49,703 nucleotides of DNA, from assembly GCA_039679885.1 (NCBI GenBank), contig JBDKUC010000207.1, positions 1 through 49,703 on the forward strand. Direction: 5' to 3'. This stretch comes from Thermoguttaceae bacterium (GTDB taxonomy: Bacteria > Planctomycetota > Planctomycetia > Pirellulales > Thermoguttaceae). How positions within the stretch are numbered: position 1 is the stretch's first letter; every line of letters starts with the position of its first letter. Below the pieces are notes generated by a model that saw nothing but the letters and a program-made list of their open reading frames with translations, was not told where the DNA came from and did not search any database. Made by a program: the position numbers and the translations under genes. Of this stretch, positions 33,690 to 45,528 are shown piece by piece.

Positions 33690-35417
33690 ATGAACACCGC
33701 CACCCTCGCACCGCGACGCCTCGGCAGCCTGCTGATCGAGAAGGGCTATCTGACGCCCGACGACCTGCAGTCTGCGCTCGACTTGCAGCGGCAGGAGGGG
33801 CGAAAGAAGCTGCTGGGCGAGATCCTCGTCGAACGCGAGTACTGCGGCGAAGATCAGGTGGTCGAGTGCCTGGCCGCGGAATACGGCGTGCCCCACGCCA
33901 AACTCGACGCCCGGCTCTTCGACCCGAAAATCGTCGACATTCTGCCGCGGGAGTATATCGAGAAGAACCTGGTGCTGCCACTCTTCTTGGTCCGCGGCGT
34001 GCTCACGGTGGCCGTGTCCGAGCCGTCGAACCTGTTCCTGATCGACGAGGTTCGCGGGCTGTCGCGTCAGCAGGTGCAGATCGTCGCCGCCAGCTCGAAG
34101 GACATTCGGCGCATGATCGCCGTCTTGCCCAACTCGAAGGTGTTCGTCCTGGACGACATCATCGAGGATTCGGACACGTCCGACGTGACGCTGATCGAGG
34201 ATGCGATCGAGGACATCGGCGACGTCGAGGAGATCGCCGGTCAGTCGCCGATCATCCGGCTGGTCAACTACATCATCTGCAACGCGGTCAAAGAGGGGGC
34301 GAGCGATATCCACATCGAGCCGTCCGAGCGGTGCATGCGGGTCCGCTACCGCATCGACGGCCGCCTGCACAAGGCGCTCGAGGTGCCGCAACACCTGCTC
34401 GGCGCCGTGACCAGCCGCATCAAGATCATGGGCTCGATGGACATCAGCGAGCGGCGTCTGCCTCAGGACGGCCGAGTGCATGTCATGCTTGAAGGCCGCA
34501 AGATCGACCTTCGCGTCAGCACCTTCCCGGCGACCCAGGGCGAGAAGACGGTGATCCGCGTGCTCGACACCCGCGCGGTCTCGCTGAACCTCGAGGACCT
34601 CGGTTTCGCCGAAGACGTGCTCGCGACGTTCCAGGCCAACATCCGGGCGCCGAACGGCATCATCCTGGTGACCGGTCCGACCGGCAGCGGCAAATCGACG
34701 ACGCTTTACGGCGCGCTGAACGCCGTCAGCTCGATGGAGAACAACGTCTGCACGGTCGAGGACCCGATCGAGTATCATCTTCCGCTGATCAATCAGTTCC
34801 AGGTGCAGGCGAAGATCGGCATGACGTTCTCCAAGGCCCTGCGAACGTTGCTGCGGCAGGACCCTGACGTCATCATGGTCGGCGAAATCCGCGACGAAGA
34901 GACCGCGCGAACGGCCATCCAGGCCGCGCTAACCGGCCACCTCGTCTTCAGCACACTGCACACCAACGATGCGCCGTCGGCCATTACGCGGTTGATCAAC
35001 ATGGGCGTCGAGCCCTACCTGATCGGCGCCGCGCTGAACGTCATCCTCGCGCAGCGATTGGTGCGGCGGATCTGCCCGAAGTGCCGCGAAAAGTACGAGC
35101 CCGCTCGCACGATCCGCAAGGCGCTCGAGCGGATGGGTCACGACCTTCCGGAGTTTTTCCGAGGAGCCGGCTGCCGGGCCTGCCGCAACACCGGCTACAA
35201 GGGCCGCATCGGCGTCCACGAGATTCTCGTGGTCAGCGACGAGATGCGCGACGCCATCGTCGCGGATCCGACGATCGGCAACCTCAGGCAGATGGCCTCG
35301 CGCGCCGGCATGATTACGCTCGGCCATGACGGATTCCGCAAAGTTCGCGAGGGAATCACCACGGTCGAGGAAATCTTCCACATCGTCGGCGACTACGGCG
35401 CCGGGGCCGAGGGTTGA
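33690..35417 (+). CDS. GspE/PilB-family secretion/pilus extension ATPase
   Basis: It has a T2SSE_N-type N-terminal domain, Walker [15 protein letters not shown], an Asp box, Walker [13 protein letters not shown], a His box [14 protein letters not shown], and a tetracysteine CPKC...CRAC. Confidence 0.95.
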   Translation: MNTATLAPRRLGSLLIEKGYLTPDDLQSALDLQRQEGRKKLLGEILVEREYCGEDQVVECLAAEYGVPHAKLDARLFDPKIVDILPREYIEKNLVLPLFLVRGVLTVAVSEPSNLFLIDEVRGLSRQQVQIVAASSKDIRRMIAVLPNSKVFVLDDIIEDSDTSDVTLIEDAIEDIGDVEEIAGQSPIIRLVNYIICNAVKEGASDIHIEPSERCMRVRYRIDGRLHKALEVPQHLLGAVTSRIKIMGSMDISERRLPQDGRVHVMLEGRKIDLRVSTFPATQGEKTVIRVLDTRAVSLNLEDLGFAEDVLATFQANIRAPNGIILVTGPTGSGKSTTLYGALNAVSSMENNVCTVEDPIEYHLPLINQFQVQAKIGMTFSKALRTLLRQDPDVIMVGEIRDEETARTAIQAALTGHLVFSTLHTNDAPSAITRLINMGVEPYLIGAALNVILAQRLVRRICPKCREKYEPARTIRKALERMGHDLPEFFRGAGCRACRNTGYKGRIGVHEILVVSDEMRDAIVADPTIGNLRQMASRAGMITLGHDGFRKVREGITTVEEIFHIVGDYGAGAEG

Positions 35418-35440
35418 TCGAGAGTCGAGAGCCAACTGTC

Positions 35441-36631
35441 ATGACCTACCAATACCGCGTCCGCGACTCGATGGGAAATGTGCACACCGGCACGCTGGAC
35501 GCCGCGACGAGCGACGAGGCCGGCTCGCAGCTCCGCCACGACGGCTTCCACGTGCTTGACCTCACGGAGGACGATGCCGACGCACCGTTGTTTCCCGCCC
35601 GCGTCTCGAAGAGCGACCTGATCTACGTTACGGCCCAGTTGGCGATCATGGTTGAGACGGGCATTCCGCTGTCGCAGGCTTTGGCCGGCATCGTCGAGCA
35701 GGAGACGAATCCGAGCCTGCGTCGCGTGCTGAACGACCTGAAAGAGTCGGTCGAAGGCGGCCAGGATTTCTCGGCCGCGCTGGCCCGGCATCCTCGCCAC
35801 TTCGACAAGACCTACGTCTCGCTGGTGAAAGCGAGCGAAGCCAGCGGCACGCTCGGCCCGACGCTCGACCGGATCGCGAGCTACCAGCGCAAGGAGCTCG
35901 AGACCCGCGGCAAGGTTCGCGCGGCGATGGCCTATCCGACGGTCATGATGGTCATGGCCTGCTGCGTCACGGCCTTCCTGCTGATTTACATCCTGCCGAA
36001 GTTCACCCCATTGTTCAAGTCGCGAGGGCTGCGGTTGCCGCGCCCGACGCTGATCATGATGGCCATTTCGGACTCGCTTCGAGGCTATTGGTATCTGTGG
36101 CTCGGCGTCGCGATCGCGGCCGCGGTCGGGTTCTTCTACGCCCGCCGCAGCGCTCGTGGCCGCCAGGGCCTCGACTGGGTCAAGATCAACGCGCCGGTCG
36201 TCGGGCCAATGTTCCGCAAGGTGACCATCAGCCGCAGCATCCGCACGCTGGGCACGATGCTCCAGAGCGGCGTGCCGGTGATCGAAGCCATTCGGCTGGC
36301 CGAAGCCGTCTCGTCGAACTACTACTACGAGCGGCTTTGGGCCCGCGTACTAGACGAGTTGAGCGGCGGCAAGCGGATCTGCGAGGTGCTGCAAGCCAGC
36401 CCGTTGTTTCCCAAGACGCTCGTGCAGATGATCGCGGCCGGCGAAGACACCGGCCGGCTCGACTCCGTGCTCGAAAAGGTCAGCACCTATTACGACGGCG
36501 AGGTGGAGACGTCGCTGAAGGCGGCCACCAGCGTCATCGAGCCGCTGATGATCGGCGTGATGGGCATCGTTGTCGGCACGATCGGCCTCGCCCTGATGCT
36601 GCCGATCTTCAGCCTCAGCCGCCAGCCGTAG
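35441..36631 (+). CDS. GspF/PilC-family inner-membrane platform protein
   Basis: The start is taken at ATG 35441 (the track begins at a TTG at 35414). It has two T2SSF repeats (LIYVTAQLAIMVETGIPLSQAL..., SIRTLGTMLQSGVPVIEAIRL...) and ends in the typical ...GLALMLPIFSL. Confidence 0.9.
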   Translation: MTYQYRVRDSMGNVHTGTLDAATSDEAGSQLRHDGFHVLDLTEDDADAPLFPARVSKSDLIYVTAQLAIMVETGIPLSQALAGIVEQETNPSLRRVLNDLKESVEGGQDFSAALARHPRHFDKTYVSLVKASEASGTLGPTLDRIASYQRKELETRGKVRAAMAYPTVMMVMACCVTAFLLIYILPKFTPLFKSRGLRLPRPTLIMMAISDSLRGYWYLWLGVAIAAAVGFFYARRSARGRQGLDWVKINAPVVGPMFRKVTISRSIRTLGTMLQSGVPVIEAIRLAEAVSSNYYYERLWARVLDELSGGKRICEVLQASPLFPKTLVQMIAAGEDTGRLDSVLEKVSTYYDGEVETSLKAATSVIEPLMIGVMGIVVGTIGLALMLPIFSLSRQP

Positions 36632-36657
36632 CGGGGGCCGATGAAGGATCGATCCTC

Positions 36658-36722
36658 AGGATCAGTTCTCGACTGTAGAGTTTTCGACTGTAGGGTGGGT
36701 CGAGCGAAGCGAGCCCCACCAA
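36658..36722. repeat. GTAGGGTGGGTCGAGCGAAGCGAGCCCCACC-type repeat with duplicated TCGACTGTAG
   Basis: GATCAGTTCTCGACTGTAGAGTTTTCGACTGTAGGGTGGGTCGAGCG... resembles the last bases of the window (49672-49703, GATCAGTTTTCGATGGTAGGGTGGGTCGGGCG). It also resembles the GTAGGGTGGGTC ends of the element at 22899-23078. Confidence 0.7.
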
Positions 36723-36863
36723 AAACGTCGAAAAACGGTGGCGCTCTGCGACCCAGGCTACATCTTCCGCTCCCGGACGATCGCCGAGTGGTTCGTAGTC
36801 CCGGCTTCAGCCGGCGTTCCGCGTGAAATCGCCGCCCGCGGACGGAATACGCACGACTCTCCT

Positions 36864-37021
36864 CGTACAAGTTGCACTTTGTGATTTCTATGGCGAGCAT
36901 TCGTGAATGACATGCATAGTCACATGCCCGTTCACGGGCATTTCCGCCGCAGGCGGTTTTAGGCCCGTGCTTTAGCACGGGTTTGCTGGCGCGACCGCCT
37001 TCCCGCAATCAGACTCGCCTG
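36864..37021 (-). repeat. 158-bp three-hairpin interspersed element, copy 2
   Basis: Its reverse complement aligns with 18810-18967 over the full length, with roughly 8 substitutions by eye. Track ORFs 18823-19086 (+) and 36490-37008 (-) share SKPVLKHGPKTACGGNARERACDYAC only because they read through this repeat. Confidence 0.85.
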
Positions 37022-37177
37022 ACGAATTGGCCGAATCGCCTATCCCTTCAACCCGGCGTGAACGCTCCTGCAAAGCGCAACTTGCGCCCCGACTCTCCGG
37101 TCTCGCTGCCTTCCGCTCGACAGCCCGTTGCCCACTTGCTATGCTGCGCATGCTTGCCGTCGTGTGGGGATGAGATC

Positions 37178-38152
37178 ATGAAGATGCGTCGGTTGTTGAT
37201 CCTGCTTGGCATCGCAATTCTGCTGTCCGCCGTTACGGCCGGCTATTACTATCTGGTCTATGCGAGGCCGGAGGGCTCAGGGCCGGCCGGGCCCGGCGTT
37301 CCGCCAGCGGCGTTCGCGCGCACCTGGACGACGCGGAAAGTCCTGCTGCTGGGCCTCGGCGACAGCGTCACCGCGGGCTTCGGCGTTGCGCCGCCATACT
37401 CCTATTTCAACCGCTTGGTCAAGAATCCGCCCGACGAGTTCGACGACATGCGGGGCATCTCGCTTTCCGCCGTCCTGCCGAACTTGCGAACCGAGAACGT
37501 CGCCCTGTCGGGCAGCACCTCGATCATGCATCTGGAGACGATTCGCGAACGCGTCGAGAAACAACGTGATGATGTCTTCGGACTGATCGTGATGACCACC
37601 GGGGGCAACGACCTGATTCACAACTACGGCCGGACGCCGCCTCACGAAGGAGCCATGTACGGAGCGACGCTGAACCAGGCGCGGCCGTGGATCGAGAAGT
37701 TCGCCAAACGGCTCGACAAGATGATCGGGCTGCTCGAATCGCGCTTCCCCGGCGGCTGTCTGATCTTCATCGCCGACATCTACGATCCAAGCGACGGGGT
37801 CGGCGACCCGGCCAGCGCGATGTTGCCCGACTGGCCCGACTGCCTGGCCATCCATCGCGCCTACAACGAAGCGATCGGCCACGCGGCCGAGAGACACCCG
37901 TCGGTTCGCGTCGTGCCGATGCACGCGGCGTTCCTCGGGCACGGCACCCACTGCACGCAGCCGTGGCGCGAGCATTATCGCGACGGCGACGCTCACTACT
38001 GGTACGGAGGCAACCTGGAGGATCCGAACGCCCGGGGCTACGACGCCATCCGCCGGCTGTTCCTGATCGAGATCGGCAAAGAGGCCGACCGGCTCGCGAA
38101 ATCGCAGCCAGCGACGCCGAACCGCGCGACGCCGAAGCCGCTTACTCCTTGA
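37178..38152 (+). CDS. SGNH/GDSL hydrolase-family protein
   Basis: The start is taken at ATG 37178 (MKMRRLLILLGIAILLSAV, a signal anchor). Block I is LLLGLGDSVTAGFG, block III is MTTGGNDL, and a late D..H region is present. Confidence 0.85.
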   Translation: MKMRRLLILLGIAILLSAVTAGYYYLVYARPEGSGPAGPGVPPAAFARTWTTRKVLLLGLGDSVTAGFGVAPPYSYFNRLVKNPPDEFDDMRGISLSAVLPNLRTENVALSGSTSIMHLETIRERVEKQRDDVFGLIVMTTGGNDLIHNYGRTPPHEGAMYGATLNQARPWIEKFAKRLDKMIGLLESRFPGGCLIFIADIYDPSDGVGDPASAMLPDWPDCLAIHRAYNEAIGHAAERHPSVRVVPMHAAFLGHGTHCTQPWREHYRDGDAHYWYGGNLEDPNARGYDAIRRLFLIEIGKEADRLAKSQPATPNRATPKPLTP

Positions 38153-38309
38153 CCTTCGCCAACTCGGCTTCGGCCGCCGCAAGCTGCCGTTCGAGCGAGT
38201 TCAATTCGTCGGGATCGTCCTGCTGCTTCCGCGCCCCGGCCAACTGTTGCCGCAGTGCTTGGATCCGCTGCTGAAGAACGTGCGTCTTTTTCTTGACTTT
38301 TTTGTCCAT
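38142..38309 (-). CDS. possible 55-aa coiled-coil protein (below the ORF-track length cut-off)
   Basis: My own translation is MDKKVKKKTHVLQQRIQALRQQLAGARKQQDDPDELNSLERQLAAAEAELAKVKE, ending in TAA. It overlaps the 3' end of the SGNH gene convergently by 11 nt. No homology is known to me. Confidence 0.35.
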   Translation of the reverse strand: MDKKVKKKTHVLQQRIQALRQQLAGARKQQDDPDELNSLERQLAAAEAELAKVKE

Positions 38310-38374
38310 GAGAAGACCCATCGGTACGAGGCTGCCCGACTACCTATTGTGTAAGACGGCAGACGCTTTTGCAA

Positions 38375-38467
38375 GCGGCGTTCGTAGTCCCGCCTTTAGG
38401 CGGAAGCGGCGTTCGTAGTCCCGCCTTCAGGCGGAAGCGGCGTTCGTCGCCCCGCCTTCAGACGGAA
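38375..38467. repeat. three tandem 31-nt units GCGGCGTTCGTAGTCCCGCCTT(T/C)AGGCGGAA
   Basis: The hairpin cores are at 38380-38405, 38411-38436 and 38442-38467. The array lies immediately downstream of the sigma-factor gene's 3' end (38518). Confidence 0.9.
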
Positions 38468-38517
38468 AATCGGTGGAGACGAACCGGCTGAAGCCCGAAC
38501 GACGAACAACTTTTCGG

Positions 38518-39879
38518 CTACAAGAAGTCGACCAACCGCGCGGCGGCGCCCGGTTGCTGAAGCGCCCTGAGCGCGCGGGTCTCGATCTGCCGCACCCGCT
38601 CGCGGCTAATGGCGAATGTCCTGGCGATTTCATCGAGCGTCGATGGATCGTTCCCGCCAAGGCCAAAGTGCCTCTTGATGATCTCACGGTCGCGCCAGTT
38701 CAGCTCGGCCAAAACCTCTTCCATCTGGGTCTTCAACAGATGGCTATCCACCTCGGTCGGCGGCGCCGGTTCGCGAAGGTCGGGCAACTGCTCGGCTAGC
38801 GAGCTTTCCTTTTTCTCCCCGATGGGCACGTCCAGCGACATCGGCTGCCGCCGCGACGCGATGGTGCGGGCGGTCTCCTCGACCGACAGCCCGGCCTCGG
38901 TGGCCAGTTCCGACAAGCTGGGCTCGACGCGGCCGCGTTGAACCAGCCGCTCCCGCGCGTCGCGAATCTGGCCCGACCGGGAGACAACCTGATCGGGCAG
39001 GCGGATCGTCCGGCTTTGCTGTCCGATCGCCCGGCCAATCGCCTGGCGGACCCACCACACCGCATAAGTGCTGAACTTGGTGCCACGTTCCGGGTCGTAT
39101 CGATCGACCGCACGCAGCAACCCGATGTTCCCTTCCTGGATCAGGTCGGAAACCGTCAGGCCTCGGTTACGATACCGCTTCGCGACCGAAACGACGAGGC
39201 GGAGATTTCGCACGCAAAAGTCCTGCCGAACTCGCTCGAACGCCCGTCGGCTGTCGGCGATCGTCTCCAACTGCCGGTCCAGCGTGGCGTCGTCGGCGTC
39301 CACGTGCCGCATCAGCGCCCAGAGCCGCGCGCGAACCGCCTGGCTCTCGTCGTGTCGGCCGGGCCGTTCGAGTTGCCGCCGGAACGTCCTCATCTCGCGG
39401 GCGATCGCCTGCAACACTTCGACCATCGGCTCGAGCAGCGTCAACTTGGGCGGCAGCGCCTCGACGATGGACCCGGCCTGGAGCAGAGAGCGCTCGGCTT
39501 GCCGTCGAGCGTCGGAATCGACGACCGTCAAGCGCGAGGCGTCGACCGCCGAGAGGAACTGCTCGCGGCTCCGCGTCAGCAGCTTCTCGATTCGCGGCAA
39601 CCGCTGCGCGAGTTGCCGCCGCACGTGCTGCTTCTCGGCCGCGTTGGCCGGCGGCATCTCGATCACCTGCTGGGGCGCCGCCTTTCCGGCGCGCACGTCG
39701 TGCAACCGCGCCACCGCCGTTCGCAGCACCTGGGCCGCCGCGAGCAGGTCGCGGCGGTACGTCTTCAAGGCTTGCTTGATTTGCCGCGCCAGCAGGAGCT
39801 CGTCGTCCCGCGTGAGCAACGGCGTTGCACTGATTTCGCCCAGATAGATATCAAACGTGTCCGACCCGCGTTCCGCCAT
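38518..39879 (-). CDS. RNA polymerase sigma factor, sigma-70 family (RpoD-like, regions 1.2-4.2)
   Basis: Region 2 is NLRLVVSVAKRYRNRGLTVSDLIQEGNIGLLRAVDRYDPERGTKFSTYAVWWVRQAI. Region 3 is present. Region 4.2 is TLDEIARTFAISRERVRQIETRALRALQ. Confidence 0.9.
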   Translation of the reverse strand: MAERGSDTFDIYLGEISATPLLTRDDELLLARQIKQALKTYRRDLLAAAQVLRTAVARLHDVRAGKAAPQQVIEMPPANAAEKQHVRRQLAQRLPRIEKLLTRSREQFLSAVDASRLTVVDSDARRQAERSLLQAGSIVEALPPKLTLLEPMVEVLQAIAREMRTFRRQLERPGRHDESQAVRARLWALMRHVDADDATLDRQLETIADSRRAFERVRQDFCVRNLRLVVSVAKRYRNRGLTVSDLIQEGNIGLLRAVDRYDPERGTKFSTYAVWWVRQAIGRAIGQQSRTIRLPDQVVSRSGQIRDARERLVQRGRVEPSLSELATEAGLSVEETARTIASRRQPMSLDVPIGEKKESSLAEQLPDLREPAPPTEVDSHLLKTQMEEVLAELNWRDREIIKRHFGLGGNDPSTLDEIARTFAISRERVRQIETRALRALQQPGAAARLVDFL

Positions 39880-40164
39880 GTCTTCCCGGAGCCTGCCAAG
39901 AAAAGCCGAAGGTTCGCCGTCTCTGAGACCTGCGATTCGTTCTTCCGAAGGAATCTCGCCAGATCTCTGATCAGCGAACCTTCTAATGGAATCATCGCGG
40001 CAAGCGCGAAAGCGGGCAATAACCTAAATAATCTATCGTCAACGACAACCTAGGTGGGGTGTGCTAAATTGTATTTCTATTGCGATGTCTGGCATGTGCG
40101 CACTATGCTGTCATCGGACAGCAAAAATACGCTGAACCGAAAAAGACGGGACTGGAGGATTGTC

Positions 40165-41211
40165 ATGGACAGAGCCAAGAGACGCCGGGCCGGCCTGACA
40201 ATGATCGAAGTGCTGATCCTGATCGGCATCATGATCTGCCTCGGAACAATGTTGTTTCCTGCAATCCAGGCCGCTCGCGAAACGGCAAGGCGGACAACCT
40301 GTCAGAAAAACCTGAGAGTCATTGCAACCGCCTGCTGGCGTTATCACGAGGCGTCCAATGCTCTGATCGCCTCCTCAGGCGTGACCCGTGAAAAAAATGG
40401 GAAGATTCTCGCAGTGGATGGCTGGAGTTGGGCCGCTTTGCTGCTCCCTTACATGGAAAACACCGCCGCGGCTGGCGGCCGTGATTGGAAACGCTTGTAT
40501 GACTCGCTCGATATCGCCCACGGAACGCCGTTGAAGGAGCCGGCGGGGGCTCGCGGAACGCCGCATGCCGACGCCCTGGCTACGCGGCTGCCGATGCTGC
40601 TCTGCCCGAGTTCAGGCTGCGAGCCATATAGTGATGTCGATGGCCGAAGAGCGGCAATCAGCAACTATCGGCCCTTGGGGGCTACGCACATTGAGAGCCT
40701 CAGTGTAGCCTCGGCGATGCCGTCAGCGCCGAAGTATTGCCCATCCAATGAGAGTCGGGCTTATCATCCCGACGGTGCTTGTTGTCCTGGCATCAATCTT
40801 CGCCTCGATAGTATCCGAAAGGGGACTTCGAACACGCTCGCTTTCACGGAATCGGTCGAGCCGCGGTTTTCCCGCTGGGCCGTCGGCGCGGACGCGGCGG
40901 TCGTGGGCCTGCCGCCCAATGTCGAGTTCGAGCTTGACGATCGATACTATCTTCCGAAGGGACATGCGCAGGCTTTGAAGAAGAGCCCCGAAGCGGATGC
41001 CACCTACTGGAGCTATCATACTTATTTGGACTGGGACTACGAGCGATGTCCTTACCAAAGCATCGAGGCGGCCACATCGGGCAGATTTGGACCGAGCAGC
41101 AACCACCCAGGCGTCACGCATCACCTGTTTCTTGACGGTTCATGCTGCCCGCTCAGCAACGACATCGACGTTGGGATCTATATGCACCTTATCCAGCGGC
41201 GCACCTTCTAA
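40165..41211 (+). CDS. DUF1559 protein with prepilin-type N-terminal domain
   Basis: The start is taken at ATG 40165, with GGAGGA 6 nt upstream. It has RRAGLTMIEVLILIGIMICLGTMLFPAIQAARETARRTTCQKNL. The C-terminal HPGVTHHLFLDGS is an H-X9-DG-like motif. The region is AT-richer. Confidence 0.85.
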   Translation: MDRAKRRRAGLTMIEVLILIGIMICLGTMLFPAIQAARETARRTTCQKNLRVIATACWRYHEASNALIASSGVTREKNGKILAVDGWSWAALLLPYMENTAAAGGRDWKRLYDSLDIAHGTPLKEPAGARGTPHADALATRLPMLLCPSSGCEPYSDVDGRRAAISNYRPLGATHIESLSVASAMPSAPKYCPSNESRAYHPDGACCPGINLRLDSIRKGTSNTLAFTESVEPRFSRWAVGADAAVVGLPPNVEFELDDRYYLPKGHAQALKKSPEADATYWSYHTYLDWDYERCPYQSIEAATSGRFGPSSNHPGVTHHLFLDGSCCPLSNDIDVGIYMHLIQRRTF

Positions 41212-41241
41212 CGGCAGCAGTTGCGCACGCCACGCTTCCCA

Positions 41242-41595
41242 TCAAACCCAGATGGGAAGCAGAACGCCGGCAAGGTACGAAACGCTATTCATGGCCAGCG
41301 ACAGCCCGAGCAATGGGACGCCAGGGCGTTGCGGCAGGGCATATCGCAACAACTGCCATTCGACCATGACGACCGCGGCCTCGAACAACGAGATGCCGGC
41401 AAGATCGATCGGCATGGCCCGTCCCGATTCGACCACACACACAAGGTAGTTCACCAAGGGGTTAGTGAATACGTTGACGCACACGACGGCGGCAATTTCC
41501 ACCCGACGACAATAGCCCAACAGCGCCGCGACGGCCACCTCCAGAGCGACCGTCGCCACAAAGGCGATTCCGAAGTTCGGAAGGCTACTTTGCAC
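41242..41595 (-). CDS. hypothetical small polytopic membrane protein
   Basis: 117 aa and very hydrophobic, with a GTG start (uncertain) overlapping the upstream gene by 11 nt. No family recognised. Confidence 0.5.
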   Translation of the reverse strand: MQSSLPNFGIAFVATVALEVAVAALLGYCRRVEIAAVVCVNVFTNPLVNYLVCVVESGRAMPIDLAGISLFEAAVVMVEWQLLRYALPQRPGVPLLGLSLAMNSVSYLAGVLLPIWV

Positions 41596-41809
41596 TGCGT
41601 CTTCGGATCATGCGGAGCGCAACCAACGAGCCAGCCAGCGCCACGGCGACGACGCCCGCCGCGACTGAGTAGACGCTGGTTGTCTCGATGCGCCAGGCCG
41701 TCCTCCGCTCGGGAACCCGAGGGCCAGGGATCATGTCCGCCCGCGCGGTTTTGGTTCCGGCCAGGCACAGAAGCAGGAGAGCAACCAGACAAGCAATAAC
41801 CCGTTTCAT
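41585..41809 (-). CDS. hypothetical 74-aa protein: signal peptide, ~25-aa core, C-terminal TM plus RRRSAK tail
   Basis: The sequence is MKRVIACLVALLLLCLAGTKTARA|DMIPGPRVPERRTAWRIETTSVYSVAAGVVAVALAGSLVALRMIRRRSAK. Its ATG overlaps the MFS gene stop (ATGA). It is only the 3' part of track ORF 41585-42373. Confidence 0.5.
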   Translation of the reverse strand: MKRVIACLVALLLLCLAGTKTARADMIPGPRVPERRTAWRIETTSVYSVAAGVVAVALAGSLVALRMIRRRSAK

Positions 41810-42906
41810 GATGGCACCTGAATCGCTCTTTCTGAACGAACACTTGGCCGCAAATGTTGTAGCCCAACATCGAGCGACGCTACGGAAATCACGACAACCA
41901 GCGAAACCAGCGGCGGAGCTTTTACGGAGACACCGAAGAGCGAGGGGATCGCTCCGACCAACAGCGCAAGGCAGGTAAGGCCAAACGCAAAGCCGGGCTT
42001 GTTCGGCAAAATCCGGGCTGTGGCAACCAATGTGACAGGCATCATCATATTCAAAAGGAAGAGCCCCGGAACGGCTGCCAGCGGCAAGGCCGACGCCAAA
42101 CAGAGAAATGGCCAACCCAACAACGTCGCTCCGACGGCAACGCGGCGCCACCCGAAGCGGTCGGCCGCCAGACCGCCGACGACCTTGCCCAGAAACGTCG
42201 CCACTGCCACCGCCAACAGGGCCACTGGTTGCGTTTCCCACCGAAAGTTGACCACGAAACCCAGCAGCGATCGTGCCGCGATAGCAAGGAGAATGAGGCC
42301 AAGAACCAAGTCTCCCCGTCGCGCAGGCTTTGTGACGATCGCCATCGGCCGGCCAACGTTCGCTGGCACGCAAGCCAGGACCGTTGCAAGAACCAACGCG
42401 ATGGCCGGCAGCAGAGCAACAGCCGTGGAACCCTGCTTGCCGAGAATCACGCCAAGCAGGAGTCCCAAAGAACCGGTTGCGACGAAGACTCCCGGCGCGA
42501 CAGCCCGATCGGGCGTCAGCCGCATCGCTAAGACGCCTCCACCTACGTGGAAGATGGCATTGCCAACCCCTGTCACAGCAATCGCCATCTCAGGCGGCAT
42601 GTGAATCATCAGCGGACCCGCCGCAATCAGGCAACCCGCGACGGCTGCAAACCGAGCCCCGCCCGCTGCGTCGACCGCCAGGCCAACCAATGGCTGAAGC
42701 CCGAACGCCAAGGCGTGATAGAGGACCATCAGGGCAACAAACTGGCCCGCGTCAACCGCGTCGCACGAGACCACCAGAAGAACGGTCGCCGCGGAGCAAG
42801 TGTCGACGACCGCATGCATCAACGAATAAAGCGACAACGCCGCTGCGCCGGTGATCGCGCCGGCTGGCACATTTCGCAGATCAGTCAATTGGCCCGTGAT
42901 TGCCAC
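41806..42906 (-). CDS. MFS-type transporter (about 12 TM)
   Basis: About 12 hydrophobic segments. GKVVGGLAADRFGWRRV matches the MFS motif A (G-x-x-x-D-R-x-G-R-R). Confidence 0.75.
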   Translation of the reverse strand: MAITGQLTDLRNVPAGAITGAAALSLYSLMHAVVDTCSAATVLLVVSCDAVDAGQFVALMVLYHALAFGLQPLVGLAVDAAGGARFAAVAGCLIAAGPLMIHMPPEMAIAVTGVGNAIFHVGGGVLAMRLTPDRAVAPGVFVATGSLGLLLGVILGKQGSTAVALLPAIALVLATVLACVPANVGRPMAIVTKPARRGDLVLGLILLAIAARSLLGFVVNFRWETQPVALLAVAVATFLGKVVGGLAADRFGWRRVAVGATLLGWPFLCLASALPLAAVPGLFLLNMMMPVTLVATARILPNKPGFAFGLTCLALLVGAIPSLFGVSVKAPPLVSLVVVISVASLDVGLQHLRPSVRSERAIQVPS

Positions 42907-42999
42907 GCACGCATTCTAATGCGGCAACGTGGCATGAACAACATGCCCTGATCTCCGTCAGCTGCCGACGATCCGGCTCAAGAAGTGTCATCGCGGCGT

Positions 43000-45528
<2,529 letters not shown>

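Noticed and set aside
40081-40110. A TTGCGA-N18-TATGCT promoter-like string upstream of the second DUF1559 gene.
   Set aside because: The spacer length and hexamers are marginal, and several equally good matches can be drawn in this AT-richer spacer. It is not strong enough to report as a feature.
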